In this document: piece after piece, positions 12,801 through 25,523 of the stretch | Numbering within the stretch: position 1 is the first letter of the stretch | Layout of the letters: every line of letters starts with the position of its first letter | From: Camelus dromedarius | Lineage: Eukaryota | Length of the DNA: 64,000 nt | NCBI RefSeq assembly: GCF_036321535.1 | Contig: NC_087437.1 | Location: 117,120,001 to 117,184,000, forward strand | Direction: 5' to 3' | Position numbers and translations under genes: made by a program | Notes under the pieces: generated by a model | Databases searched by the model: none | Seen by the model: the letters and a program-made list of their open reading frames with translations, nothing else | What the model was told of the DNA's origin: nothing

Positions 12801-13560
12801 GACATCTGCTGTAATGCTGCCACCCAACTCTACAATAAGGGAACTACGACAATGTTTTAGTCCTTGGCAGGCAACCCCTCTGCTCGATAAACATCGCTGA
12901 TCATCACAACAGCAACGGCTCTTCGCCAGGTGCTGTTAGTACGCTCGCTTCACAGCTGAGGAAGCTGAGGCCCAGAGATTTAGAAGGCCTAAGGGCACGT
13001 AGCCAGGCTTCAAGCGCAGGTGACACAGTTCTACCTTAGACGGAGCACAAGCACCGCAGAATTCTTTCTGCCCTCACAACATTCATAAAGGAGGAAAGCA
13101 GGGCCTGGAGACGAGGGGACTTGCACAAAGTCACACAGCCAATGCGTGTGAGAGCTGAAATGTGAAAATACGTAAGTACGTGCATGATTTCACTTATCAC
13201 AGGCAACTGCGAGCTAAATTCTGTTATTCTTGTTTTAAGGATGAGGAAATTGAAACTTAGAAAGTTTAAGAATTTGTCTAAGGATGAAAAGCAATTTTTT
13301 TACACAGTGGATCTTTTTATTAAGATCTGTATGTATAGTCTGCAAATACAAACAGGCATCCAGTAAACACATCCAGAACAAAGAGCATGTTACGGACACC
13401 TAACACTTTGTGGTTCCTAGCAGGACAGGTGCTTCTTCTGCAGAACACACTCTTCCCTCCGCACACACGTTAAAAAGCCATCAGGGGACACTGCCCCACC
13501 CCCAGCTGTCCTGGGGCCGGAGGGTGCAGATCAAATAATAATAATAAAAAAAAAAAGGAT

Positions 13561-13700
13561 GGGGAAGGTACATCTCAAGTGGTAGAGAGCATGCTCAGCA
13601 TGCATGAGGTCCTAGGTTCAATCCCCAGTACCTCCTCTAAAAAATAAATAAGTAAATCTAATTACCTCCCTCACCAAAAAATAAATAAATTTTTAAAAGA
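13561..13700 (+). mobile_element. tRNA-Ala-derived (vic-1-type) SINE
   Basis: GTGGTAGAG...GGTTCAATCCCCAGTACCTCC head with AATTACCTCCC/A-rich tail. Confidence 0.9.
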
Positions 13701-15099
13701 AGAATTCACTGGAGCCTTCCAAGCCACCACTTAGGAGTCATAGAGGTGTTACTTGTGAAAGGCATTTCTGGGACAAGGCGTGCAAACCAGTGTGTTTCCA
13801 ACAATTTGCACAGGAGAGCGGTCCCAAATTCAGGTTAAGGACTAGATTAGGGTCCATTTTGAAAGAGTGAAAATAGAGATAAGGCTGTGAGCAGTGGAGA
13901 TTATGCAAAGAAAGTAATATACATAATTCACATTCTATTATCAGTATGTTAATGCAAACATTCGTCGTTAACTGAATTTAGTTTCAGGCAGCAGACACTG
14001 TTGGTGCAGGCATAGTATCAGCATCGTTTGGAGGGACATAAAAAAGTAGATGACACAGGACCTGCATTAGAGTGATGCCACCAAACTGAATCAGGACTTG
14101 GAAGTAAAATCAAGTGCACCCAAAACCCTGCATTATTTCATTCATTCAACAAAATTTGCATTTGAAGGTGTTCTCTAAGGCAGGCACTGCCTCGTGAGCT
14201 GCTTCTGTGAGATAATCCCCTGGAAGTAGAAGACTTAAGTCTTGATAGATTTCCAGAGGATTTTGAAAGAAGGGCTGAACGAATAGCACTTTTTGATCAG
14301 CCCCCAGTCACTAGCAGAGCTTGCATCTCCTTCTCAAGGCCCTTCCTCCACCTCCTGACAGTGTCATCTTTCCCTCCGGACCTCTTCTTCCCCCTAATTC
14401 TAACCCTGCCAGCTGTCCCCTTCCTGCAACTTGTCCCTGCCTCCCTCAGCAAATTGTTTCCACATTTATCTCTTCCCTCTCCAGTTCCCCCTCGTCACTG
14501 GCTTCGGTCCCTGCGTGTTCCCACATTGCAGGCACTGGCCCACATCTGTCTCTGAGTCTTACCAGTTCTTCCTTTGAAACGTTTCCCCGGGCACTGCAGA
14601 AAAGGCAGTGAGGTTGGACGTGACCTTGGAATGTGGGAGATGGAATCAGAATGTGCCTGTGTTTGAACACCGCTTACTAGTTGAGCAACCTCCCTGTGGC
14701 TCAGTGTTTGTTTTTGGTTTTGTCTCATCTTTAAAATGGGGATAACAGCTAACAGAGAACACATGCTGAGTGTTTCTGTCTCCTGGGCACTGGGCTAATC
14801 CACTGACGTGGACTATGTCATGCTCGTGAGACAGCCAGGATATACATGTTGTTTGTGAGCACTTCCAGGGAGGATGTCTGGAAAGGTCTTTGAACAATGC
14901 CTAGCTCTCAACAGGATGCTATTGCATAAAAATAACTGTTTTTCTCTCCATTCCCTCCGTCACCAGAGCCTCCTCCAAGGTCTCCTTGACTTCCCACTGA
15001 ATTCATCCTATCACTACTTCTAAATTTCTGGAGACACGCTTTGCATATTCTCTATTCAAGCCTTTCTCGTTCCCTATCACCTAAACTTTAACTCCTGGC

Positions 15100-16270
15100 T
15101 TTTTTTTTCAACTTGACTTGAATTTATTTGTTTATTTGACGTATAGTCGATTTACAATGTTGTATTAATTTCTGGTGCACAGCATAGTGATTCAGTTATA
15201 TATACATATATATTCCTTTTCATATTCTTTACCATTATAAGTTATTACAAGATATTGAATATAGTTCCCTGTGCTAAACAGTAGGACCTTGTTGTTTATC
15301 AATTTTATATACAGTAATTAGTGTCTGCAAATCCCAAACTCCCAATTTATCCCTCCCCACCTCCTTTCCCTGCCCCATAACCATAGTTTGTTTTCTATGT
15401 CTGTGAGTCTGTCTCTGTTTTGTAAATAAGTTTTCATTTGTGTCCTTTTTTTTATGATTCCACAAATAAAGCAATATCATAGGGTATTTTTTTTCTATTT
15501 CTGCTTACTTAGTATGATGATCTCCAGGTCCATCCATGTTGCTGCAAGTGGGATTATTTTATTATTTTTATGGCTGAGTAGTATTCCATTTTATACATAT
15601 AAATATAATGGAATACTACTCAGTCATCTGTCAGTGGACATTTATGTTGCTTCCATGTCTTGGCTATTGTAAATAGTGCTGCTATAAACACTGAGGTGGA
15701 CATATCTTTTCGAATTAGAGTTTCCTCCGTTTATATGCCCAGGAGTGGGATTGCTGGGTCATATGGTAAGTCTGTTTTTAGTTTTTTAAAGGAATCTCTA
15801 TACTGTTTTCCATAATGGCTGCACCAAACTACATTCCCACCAACAATGTAGGAGGGTTCTCTTTTCTCCACACCCTCTCCAGCATTTGTTATTTGTGGAC
15901 TTTTTAATGATGGCCATTCTGATTGGTGTGAGGTCATACCTCACTGTAAGTTTTGATTTTCATTTCTCTGGTAACTAGCGATATAGAGCATTTTTCATGT
16001 GCCTATTTGCCATTTGTATGTCTTCCTTAGAGAAATGCTTGTTTAGGTCTTCTGCCCATTTTTGGATTGGGTTATTTGGCTTTAGTTATTAAGCTGTATG
16101 AGCTGTTTATATATTCTGGAAATTAAGCCCTTGTCAGTCACATCGTTTGCAAATGTTTTCTCCCATTCCATAGGTTGTCTTTTCGTTTTGTTTATGGTTT
16201 CCTTTGCTGTGCAAAAGCTTATAAATTTAATTAGGTCCTATTTGTTTATTTTTGCTTTTATTTCTATTGT
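15100..16270 (-). mobile_element. L1 3' end (ORF2 C-terminus, 3' UTR, polyA)
   Basis: ORF 15731-15937 encodes [17 protein letters not shown]...LPYDPAIPLLGI, the L1 ORF2 C-terminus; T tract at about 15100. Confidence 0.92.
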
Positions 16271-16999
16271 AGAATGCTCTGGCTGGCTGTTAAAGCTGGG
16301 TGGCATAATCCACTCTCTACCCCTCCTCCCCACCCCCCACCCCTGAGTCTGCATCCCCAGGTAAGCAGACTGCACTAACAGTAAAGGGCTCTCTTGCCCT
16401 CTGGCTTCATCCAGCAGGAGATGGAAGGGGCGGGGTTTCTCTTTTCCCAGCTCCCTTCCTGCCATTGGTTGGCGGCTGCTGTTCTTCTAGTGGAGACCAC
16501 GGTTCGTGTGGGACAGCCCTCCCTCCCTCCATGCAGCGACCATCTCGGGGTTCTGATGCCCTTACCTCTCCCAGCTCTGTCGGACTTGGGCTTCCCGTCT
16601 TACTTCCGAGTAAGACGGGAGGCCTCGGAGGGAGCCCAAGGCGCTTCTCTATTCCGTGGTGCTTTATTTTAACCGCCCACAAGCTTGTAAATAATAGCGT
16701 CCTTAACTCTCCTCAGTCATCACAATGGATTAAGCCTTCCGTTTCCTTCCAGAACTCCGATAGGCACTGAGCCCTCTGTAGTGACTCCCACCCGTCTGAC
16801 TCTGTCCCCTGCGGCTGAACCTGCCCCTCTCCAGGTCTCTCTGCGCTCAGATTTCTTCCTCGTCTGTATACATCGTCCTCCAACTTGAAAGGATCCACCT
16901 AGATCCCTAAACCCCTTCCTTCACAAAGTCTTTCCTAAATCATTTTGGTCCTGGTTAATCTCTTCAAAAATCTTAGAATCATCTGTTTTTTATAGCCCA

Positions 17000-17760
17000 C
17001 GTGCAATCTGTCAGCCAGCCCTGATGAGCCCACCTTCAAAGTCTACCTCGAATCTGAGCACTTCTTGCCCGGATGAGCACAGAGCCCTCCTAAGTGTCCT
17101 CCTCCTTCGGTCTTCATCCTGTTACCACCTGTTCTCAACAGGCAGCTGAAGGATCCTCTTAAAACCAGTCAGATCTGCCCTCCTCTCAGGAAAAAAAAAA
17201 AAAAAAAAAAGGCACTCCGATGGCTCCCATCTGACCCAGAGAAGCCTGCGGCCCAGGAGGCCCCAAGGAGCTGGCCTCTCTGGTACTTCTCTGCCCTCTT
17301 GTCCCACTATCCTCCCCTCCTCTCACTCTGCTCCAGCCATGCCAGCCACCTTCACGTGCGAGGCATACTGCTGCCTCAGGGCCTTTGTACTTGCTGTTCC
17401 TTCCGCCAGGAAGCCTCTTCCCTTAGAAAACTGGATGGCTCAATCCTCCCTTCCTTTAGGTCTCGGCTCAGATGTTACATCCTCAGCGAGACCTTCCCTG
17501 ACTACCTAAATAAAGTAAACCTTACCTTCACTCTGCCCAATTTCCCTTTTCTCCTTCCTGCTTCCTTTCTCACCTTCGTGCTGTTGACCTTACAACCTAC
17601 TGTGAAATGTGCTCATCTGTTTTCTTTATTGCCTGTCTCCTCCCACTCCATGAAGGCAGGCAGAGATTTACGTGTTTTGCTCTCTGCAATCTCTCTAGAG
17701 CTACAAGGAAGTCTGACATATGGTAAGGACACAATAAATATTTGTTGGATGTTTAATGAA
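17000..17760. mobile_element. L2 remnant
   Basis: CTGCCTCAGGGCCTTTGTACTTGCTGTTCC and AATAAATATTTGTTGGATG L2 signatures. Confidence 0.65.
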
Positions 17761-19366
17761 AAACTCCTGGACCAGACAGTCCCTCAAATATAAGAGAGTT
17801 ATGCTCTCAACACTCAAGCATAAATCTTTTGGATGGTGTGATGGTTAGAGCTGGGGACAGCCCACAAAACCCTGCTGGCCTGTAACGTAGCTGGAGACCA
17901 GGCCCCCGTGTCCGCGACAAGACCAGCAGAGGTAGAGCTTGGGAGGCTGGGAAGCCTTGTCCCCCTCCACGGGTCTCCCCACAGTGACCCCACGGAAGAA
18001 GGGCCTCCTGGCTTCTCTCACAGGCAGGAGGAAAGAGTTTCGAGAGGCGGAGGTGAGTGGAAAGAGCATTTTCAGGGGCAAGAGTGGCTCCTGCTTTAGG
18101 GGGAGGACCTCGGCGTCTCAGGGATGGGACCTTGTGTCATGCCTTTCCCGCGGGCGTGCTGTGGCCTCTGCCCCCTCCTCCCTGGCCACACAGTTCCCCT
18201 GTGCCCTGGGAGACCAGCTCACTTCACCCCGACTGCAGCAGCCTCCGGCCTGCGCCCCAGCAGAAGGAAGCCCACCCCGCTGGGTCCCCAGACTCTCCCT
18301 CAAGCAGCACAGCCTTCTGGTTTCCTCAAGAGGGGAGCATGGGAGGGAGGGGACACCCCACAGCCCCATGAGGAAACTATAAAGAGGAAAGGACAAAGGG
18401 TGGAGGGAAATTCTAGATGGGAATGGAGAGCTCCAAGGTCCCTGGGCCACTTGCTGGAAACTGCTCCCCTGTGACTCAATGGCTAAGTGTACACTGGGTG
18501 CCTAAGGCAAGACTTCCCGTTTTCTGTGCGTGTGACACCTAAGTGCAGTAGTAACGTCCCTGTTTACAGCCAGGAGAAAGCGTCCTGGTTCCTCTTTTTC
18601 ACTTATGGGCAAGTAGGGCCTAGAGCTGGATAAAGCAACCCACAGTCTAACACAAGACAATCTTAACTGAAAAAAATTAAAGCCACCAATGGTTTAAGAT
18701 AGGTTTAAGATATTTAATGAGATGAGGTTAAGATAATTCTTCAGTTAAGAACCCAGAATCTCTAATCTTGTCCTTAAACAGCCCCTTCCTCCCTCGAGTT
18801 CTCCAAGGAAAGTAGGAAAGTACGTGGGTGGAGAACATTACTAACTTTAGTAACCCTGCCCCCAGCCCCTGGTGATCTGGGCGAGGTGACGTGGGGAATT
18901 ATTTGTTCAGGCCCAGCAGTCTCAGGAGACTATGACAAAGTGGCCTGGAAGTGCCAGAGCCAAGGTGGGGTGGGGGAGGTGGGACCCAGTAACCAGAGGG
19001 TGCACCCAAGGCTTGGAGAGGCCCGTCCCTGCCAAGGATTAGGACCTGTGGGCGTGGCTCCTCCACCCAGCGGATCTTTCTAGCTACAGGAGAGTGAAAG
19101 GCTTGATCAGCCTCCTCCCTGGAGAACCCAGCTTGATCTCTGGAAGAATCGGCTTTGTGTGGGGCTGCACGCGGATTGGTTTGTTTCCCAGGCCTTTAAG
19201 AGAGCAGAGACCAGCATACTGACCAGCCAGTGGATTCATGCTTCTCACGCAGAGATAACAGAAGCAGTGCAGTCATAGGCAGAGCCAGAATTATCGCAGT
19301 GGGTGTGTTCATTCCAAGTCTGAGAGTAGGTTTACTTTCTATACAACTAAAAGATACAGTTTCCTA

Positions 19367-19520
19367 GGGGAGGGCATAGCTCAAGTGGTGGAGTGTATGC
19401 TTAACATGCATAAGGTCCTGGGTTCAAGTCCCAGTACCTCCATTAAAAAACTAATTAAATGAATAAACTTAATTACCTCCTCCATCAAAAATACACACAT
19501 AACTACATACATACATACAT
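19367..19520 (+). mobile_element. tRNA-Ala-derived SINE with (TACA)n tail
   Basis: Same head; near-identical flanks ATACA(G/A)TTTCCT. Confidence 0.9.
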
Positions 19521-20850
19521 ACAATTTCCTGCAACAAACCTGTAAGACAAGCTTTGCCAAAATCTAACCTCGCAAAGGTTACACGTGCCACAAAATTTAA
19601 TTATAAAGCCTTAGCAGAGTGCAGAGTATGACAGGAGAACATCTTACTCTTTGCAGTAAATAATTCAAAAACTCACGATGACAAGATCCACTGTAAGATA
19701 CACACTTACCTTGAACCAGATCTTGGTCCCATGTGGCTCATGCTTCCTGAATAGTAGCTTTAGAATTGCTATCATCTAAGTTCTTCAGCTTCCTTTTTTT
19801 CTTTATAGAAGAGAGTAATGACCAGCCCACTATCTTTAATTCTCTACAGTCTTAGAACTTTTCAAGGATTCTAACTGCGTGGTTGTCTCATTAAGATGGG
19901 GTTGGACTGAGCTGCAGGTATAAAGTCTCCTCAGTAGCAAAGAACACAGATCTAAACTTTTGACAGTTACATAAAGCAGGAGACACACAACCTGCCTGCT
20001 TTTTCCCAGCCAAGCATATCTTCCTAGAGCCTCCTACATTCCCCGCAAGAACCCCCAGCGAGCAAAGTTTCCATCAGGTGGGAGAACTTTTTTTTTTTTT
20101 TGGCTATTCTCCTGGTTGTTCTTTTTTTAGCTTCCTAACCGTCTTTCACACCTGACACCTCTCTAGGCTTTAATGTCCTGCCACCAAGTACAAAACACCT
20201 CAGCATTTTTCTGAATGCATTCTGTGCATTTTAACACACCATGAGTGTGCACCTTAACACACTATTTTGACTAGGGGATGTTATGTCACAGCCTAAAATA
20301 AATCAACTGCTACAATTGCATCATTTTAAAAATCAACCAAGGCATGCATGAAGTAGATGCACTCATCTGACCCCTCAGCTTCATTCCAGTGATGAACTTT
20401 ACCCCATCGCTGGTTCCTGGGGCATAGGGTGTTGGGTGGTGGTGGGGGGAAGGGGAGGTTGCAGAATAACAAGGAGGTCAGGGACAGGGATAAGGGGCAG
20501 GCTCAGGAACGGGAGGGATGTGGATGGAGCAGGCAGGACCGTGGTTTCTGCGGTACTGGGAAAGCTGAGCGTACGCACGCCCTGTGACCCAGCAGCCCCA
20601 TCCCTCTGATTACACACAGCAGAGATGCATGTTTGTATTCCTCAGAAGGCATGTGCGCATATGTTCAGGGCAGAACTATTTAGAATAGGCCCAAACCAGA
20701 AATAATCCAAATACCCATCAACTGTAGAATGGATAAATAAACTGACATTTATTCATAATACTGATAAACTACACAGAAATGAAAATGAATGTTCAGCATA
20801 CATGACTCATAAACATAAGAGCTGAGCAAAAGAAGTCGGATGGCAAAAAG

Positions 20851-21382
20851 TGTTATGGAGCCCAAACTCGTTCTGCTCGCTGCACGACAGGCTAATAAAT
20901 TGGGAGACGAGGCGCTGGGGCAAGGAATGACAACTTTATTCAGAAAGCTGGCAAACCGAGAAGATGGCAGACTAATGTCCTAGAGAACCATCTTCCCCAG
21001 GTCAGGATTCAGGCTCTTCTTATACTAAAAAGGGGAAGGTGTATGCTTGGTTGTTGCAAACTTCTTAGTGTAGGAACTCTTTATTTTTGGAATCCATTGT
21101 TCTAGCAGCTGTTCATGTGGGTCAGGTCATGGTGTCCCTGTAAACCTCCCACAAAACAATATTTTCTATTCTGCAGTTTGTTATCTCTATATGAATGGAG
21201 AAGTGTTACTATCAGAGGTCAGAGATCTCAGAGAATGGGTTCTCCTGTCTATTTCAGGCTCTAGGCAACATTCTTTTACAGAAGGTGCAGAACCAGCAGG
21301 ACTGAGCCTAGAAAACAGAGCACAGGGTTAAAGTCAAAGGAACAGATCTCATATGGAATCAGATTTGTTCTTTTCTATTACG
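20851..21382 (-). mobile_element. ERV solo LTR inserted in an old L1 3' end
   Basis: TGTTA...ATTAC(G) termini, minus-strand AATAAA near 20936, imperfect 4-bp flanks AAAG/GAAG; L1-like sequence resumes on both sides. Confidence 0.65.
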
Positions 21383-21659
21383 GAAGTACATACTACATCA
21401 TTGCATCAATGTGCAGTTCAGAGCCAGGCGAAACTGAGGCACTGGAAGTTAGGATAGTGGGGTTACCTTTGGGGTGGGGATTGTGACGGGAGCGACACTT
21501 TAGGATTTCTGAGAATGCTCTGTTTCTTAATCTGGGATGTGTTACTCACTTGGTGAAAAATTCCTTCAGCCATATGCTTGTGACTTACATATACTTTTCT
21601 AAATACATGTTACACTTTGATTAAAAAAAAGTTTCCATTAAAAGAAAGGAGACAAGGCA

Positions 21660-21751
21660 GGGTGGGTGTAGCTCAGTGGTAGAGAGCATGCTTAGCATGA
21701 AGAAGGTCCTGGGTTCAATCCCCAATACCTCCACGAACAACAGCGAAAAAA
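21660..21751 (+). mobile_element. tRNA-Ala-derived SINE (short)
   Basis: TAGCTCAGTGGTAGAG...GGTTCAATCCCC head, A-rich end. Confidence 0.88.
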
Positions 21752-21817
21752 ATCTTGGCTCCCAAACATATTTTTAAAAAAGGGGAGAGAGACAAAGAAA
21801 ACGTCTTATGGTGCCCA

Positions 21818-23235
21818 TGGTTGTCAGAATAATGACTCCCCCAAAACGTCCACATCCTACTCCCCAGATTTTGTGAATATATTATATTACATGGCAAAAG
21901 AGACTCTGCAGATGTGATTTAGTTAAGGTTCTCGAGATGGGGAGCCTACCCTGGATTATCCAGGTGGGCCAATGCAATCACGAAGGTATAAAAAAGAAAG
22001 TAAGAGTCAGAATCCAGGAAGAAGGAAGCAGAGCTTGGAGATGTGCTTTGAAGTTGGAAGCAGGAGCCAAAGGCCAAGGAATGTGGGCGGTCTGTAGAAG
22101 CTGGAAAGGGCAGGGTTTTCACAGACTCCCTCAGAGCCTCCAGAGGGAGCACAGCGACTCCCAACACCTTTGGTTCGACCCATTGAAATTCTTTTTTTTT
22201 CCTTCGTCAGGATTTCTCTTTTTTAAAAAAATTGAAATATAATTGATTTACAATGTTGTGTTAGTTTCATGTGTACAGCAAAGTGATTCAGTTATACATA
22301 TATATATTCTTTTTCAGATTCTTTTCCATTATAGGATATTATAAGATGCTGACTGTAGTTCCCTGTGCTATACAGTAGGTCCTTGTTGTTTATTTATTCT
22401 GTAGATAGTAGTTTGTACCTGCTAATCCCAAACTCCCCATTTATCTCTCTGCCCACCTCTCTCCCCTTTGGTAACCACAGTTTGTTTTGTTTTGTTCTGA
22501 CCTTTTTTTTTTTTTTTTTTTTAAGAATTTTATTTTGTTTATTTAGAGGATTTTTTTCAGACTGTGTTTATCATTTATTTTATTTTATTTTTTAGCTTTT
22601 GTTAGTTTGTTTTGAGGGGGAAGAATTAGGTTTATTTATTTATTTTAGTGGAGGTACTGGAGATTGAACCCAGGACCTCATGCATGCTAAGCATGCGCTC
22701 TGCCTCTGAGCTATACCCTTCTCCCAACCAGTTTTTCTTTTTTCTTTCTTTTTTTTCCAGTGGAGCTACTAAGGATTGAATCCAGGACCTTGTGCATGCT
22801 AAACACACACTCTACCACAGAGCTATAGCCCCCCCCCCACTTAGTTTGTTTTCTACATCTGTGAATCTATTTCTAGTTTGTATCTTTTTTTTTTAAGATT
22901 CCACATATAAGTCATACCATATGATATTAGTCTTTGTCTGACTTACTTCACTTAATATGGTAATCTCTAGGTCTGTCCGTGTTGCTGCAAATGACATTAT
23001 TTCATTATTTTTGTGGCTGGGTAATATTCCATTATATATACATCTCCCACATCTTCTTTATCCAATCATCTGTTGATAGACATTTACTATATCTTGGCTA
23101 TTGTGAATAGTGCTGCTGTGAACATTGGGGTGTACATATGAAACTCATTTTCGACTTCTGACCTCCACGTTGTAAAATAATAAATTTGTATTAAGCTCCT
23201 AAGTTTGTGGTCATTTGTTACAGCAGCAATAGGTG
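21818..23235 (+). mobile_element. MLT1(C/D)-like LTR split by an L1 3' end (about 22192-23140, minus)
   Basis: LTR 5' part CAGAATAATGACTCCCCC..GCAGATGTGATT; 3' part resumes at about 23141 (GACTTCTGACCTCC..AATAAA..GTTACAGCAGCAATAG). Confidence 0.75.
22489..22842 (-). mobile_element. Second SINE dimer, inserted in an L1 3' end
   Basis: Two heads (about 22645-22725 and 22760-22838); AGTTTGTTTT at 22479-22488 and 22843-22852. Confidence 0.85.
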
Positions 23236-24584
23236 CCAGAAGCAACTTTTAAGATCCGAATAATCAACTCCAGTAATATAATTAATAATTTGCCAAGTTA
23301 CATGAAACCATTTAGTTCATCATTCAAAAACTCCAGACTCTGGAAAAGATACCTCTTTCTTCCCTCTTAGCTTAATTAGAGAATTCTCAAAAGTAGGTTC
23401 AGATGTGACTCCAAGCTATTTAAATGTAAATGATCAAAGTTATTTCCATCTGGCCACTTAGATTTTGCTTCTTTAAGTTTGGGCTTCTATCAATTATTGG
23501 GGTTCGACCAGAGGAAGCAAACCACTCGGTATAGACAAGGACATGACCTTTTGCCATTGAGGAAGCTGGTCAAACAGTCTCTGTAAAGCTGTTGTCTTCC
23601 CTTCTGACGCTGGAGTCTGAAGTCCACAGGGCGGGCAGTTGGGAAGAGAAGGTAGACATAGGAGGGTCGAACAAGGACAGAAGAACCCACAGAGACAGAG
23701 GGGAGCCCATGTCAGTGACTCACCGCCAGCCTCCAACTTTGAGGATGTGGCGTCTGCAACCTCTGTCAAAGAGCTAAGTCACACCTGGAGAAGCCAGAGA
23801 GAAAAGAGGAGCTCCGGAGAGGCTGGGCCAGAGGTAGGCAGTGCATGTGAACTCCGGCAGCCCCTGCATGCCCCGCACAGGCCTGCTGAGTGTAAACCAC
23901 CACTGGGCCCTGACTCCACTCCTGCCTTCCCAATCTGATGCAAAATGTCTCTCATAGCCCAGCCTAACTGAGGGGGAATTCTGGGAAATGCACTTCAGCT
24001 CGAGTTAGCCCATTACAAAGCCACCACATCGCTGCCCCTTTATAAACTGGCATCCCTTAGGGAAAATTCCTTCACTTCATCTGAAAAATGGAAAGTATAA
24101 TACTTTCACATGGATTTTCATAAGAATTAAAAGAAATAATATGCCTAGACTATAAGACACTCAAAATTTTGTTGAGTTAGCCCATTGATCCTATTACTAA
24201 CTTAAATGCTCAAAGAATGTGTTTTGGTCCAAATGTGTCACTCATAAGGATAATTAGCTTTGTTGAAATAGTAAAAGAGGATTATTACATGCAGATTTAA
24301 GGTAATGATAACATCAAAAATCTCGTATGCATTTCTGTAGGACAAAAAGCCTGGTGCCATAAAAGTGGCTTTGTGGTCAGACGAGTTGGCCCATTACATG
24401 GGCCAAGTGACTCTGGGCTCGTACGAGTCATGTTGGGTGAACGTGGTGCCTATGCTGTCAGTGAGGGAGTGACGCCTCGCAGAGCTGTCATACGCACTTA
24501 GAAAATACAGGTACCTGCTTAAAATAGTACTTGGCACATAACAAGTGAACAATAAACTTGTTTTTTCCCTCTGAGTAATAATGA

Positions 24585-24674
24585 TTTTTTTTTAAAGGAG
24601 GTACTGGGGATTGAACCCAGGACCTCATGCGTGCTAAACATGTGCTCTACCACTGAGCTATACCCATGCCCCCG
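24585..24674 (-). mobile_element. tRNA-Ala-derived SINE (short)
   Basis: Reverse-complement head with T tract. Confidence 0.88.
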
Positions 24675-24734
24675 CCAAGGCTGTTTATTTTTATGAAGTC
24701 AAAGGCAATATGACGTGAAAACATTATTTGATCT

Positions 24735-25050
24735 TATTTTTTTTTTTTACTTTTTAAAACTGAAGTATAATTGCCTTACAATGTTTTATTTGTTTCAGGT
24801 TACGACATAGTGATTTGATGTTTGTACATTACATGATGAGTCTGGTAATCATCTGTCACCATGCAAAGTTATTACATTATTGACTATTTCATCTCTTTTG
24901 TAACTGGAAGTTTGTACCTCTTAATCTCCCTCACCTATTTCACTCATCCCCCCAGCCCTCCTCTCCAGCAACCACCTGTTTGTCCTCTGTATCTGTGATC
25001 TGTTTCTGTTGTGTTATGTGTGTTTGTTTTGTTTCTTTAGATCCCACGAT
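24735..25050 (-). mobile_element. L1 3' UTR fragment
   Basis: T tract followed by L1MA-like 3' end. Confidence 0.7.
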
Positions 25051-25417
25051 AAGCCTTTGCTCGCCATCATCATAATCCCTATTAATGTGGAGAAAAACAG
25101 CCCGCAAGCAATCAAGTCCTAACCTCCGTGTAGGATGTTGGTGGTTTTGTTTTCTTCTTTGTGCTTTCCTATGTCTTCAAAACCATCTACAATAAATTTA
25201 CACGTTGTTTGAAACAACCTCCCCTCCCCCATAAAACCCTTTGTCTTTTTTTCGTAAGCCCCTTTCTTTTGACTCCATTCACACATTCTCTAGTCTGCCT
25301 TCTGCTCCTCCTCATATGCAGAGATACTTAGATCCTTTCTGTGTTCCCAAGACTAGGCACACATCTCACCCTCTCTATTCAGTTTTCTATCGTTACTCCA
25401 TCTTTTCATTATTTTTA

Positions 25418-25523
25418 TAAATATGGAATGCTTCATGAAATTGCATGTCATCCTTATGCAGGGGCCAAGCTAACCTCCTCTGCATTGTTCCAGTGTTAGT
25501 GTATGTGCTGCCGAAGCGAGCAC
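25418..25523 (-). pseudogene. U6 snRNA retropseudogene
   Basis: Full-length match to U6 (GTGCTCGCTTCGGCAGCACATA...CCATATTT) with about 14 substitutions by my count; ACAGAGA box changed to GCAGAGG; A-rich tail; no upstream TATA box seen. Confidence 0.93.

Noticed and set aside
11400..13100. Possible exons of a BRWD1 antisense lncRNA
   Set aside because: Suggested only by human synteny; no exon structure supportable from sequence alone
17299..18474. ORFs of 104-164 aa
   Set aside because: Overlap L2 remnant or GC-rich intergenic DNA; no recognisable protein or exon structure
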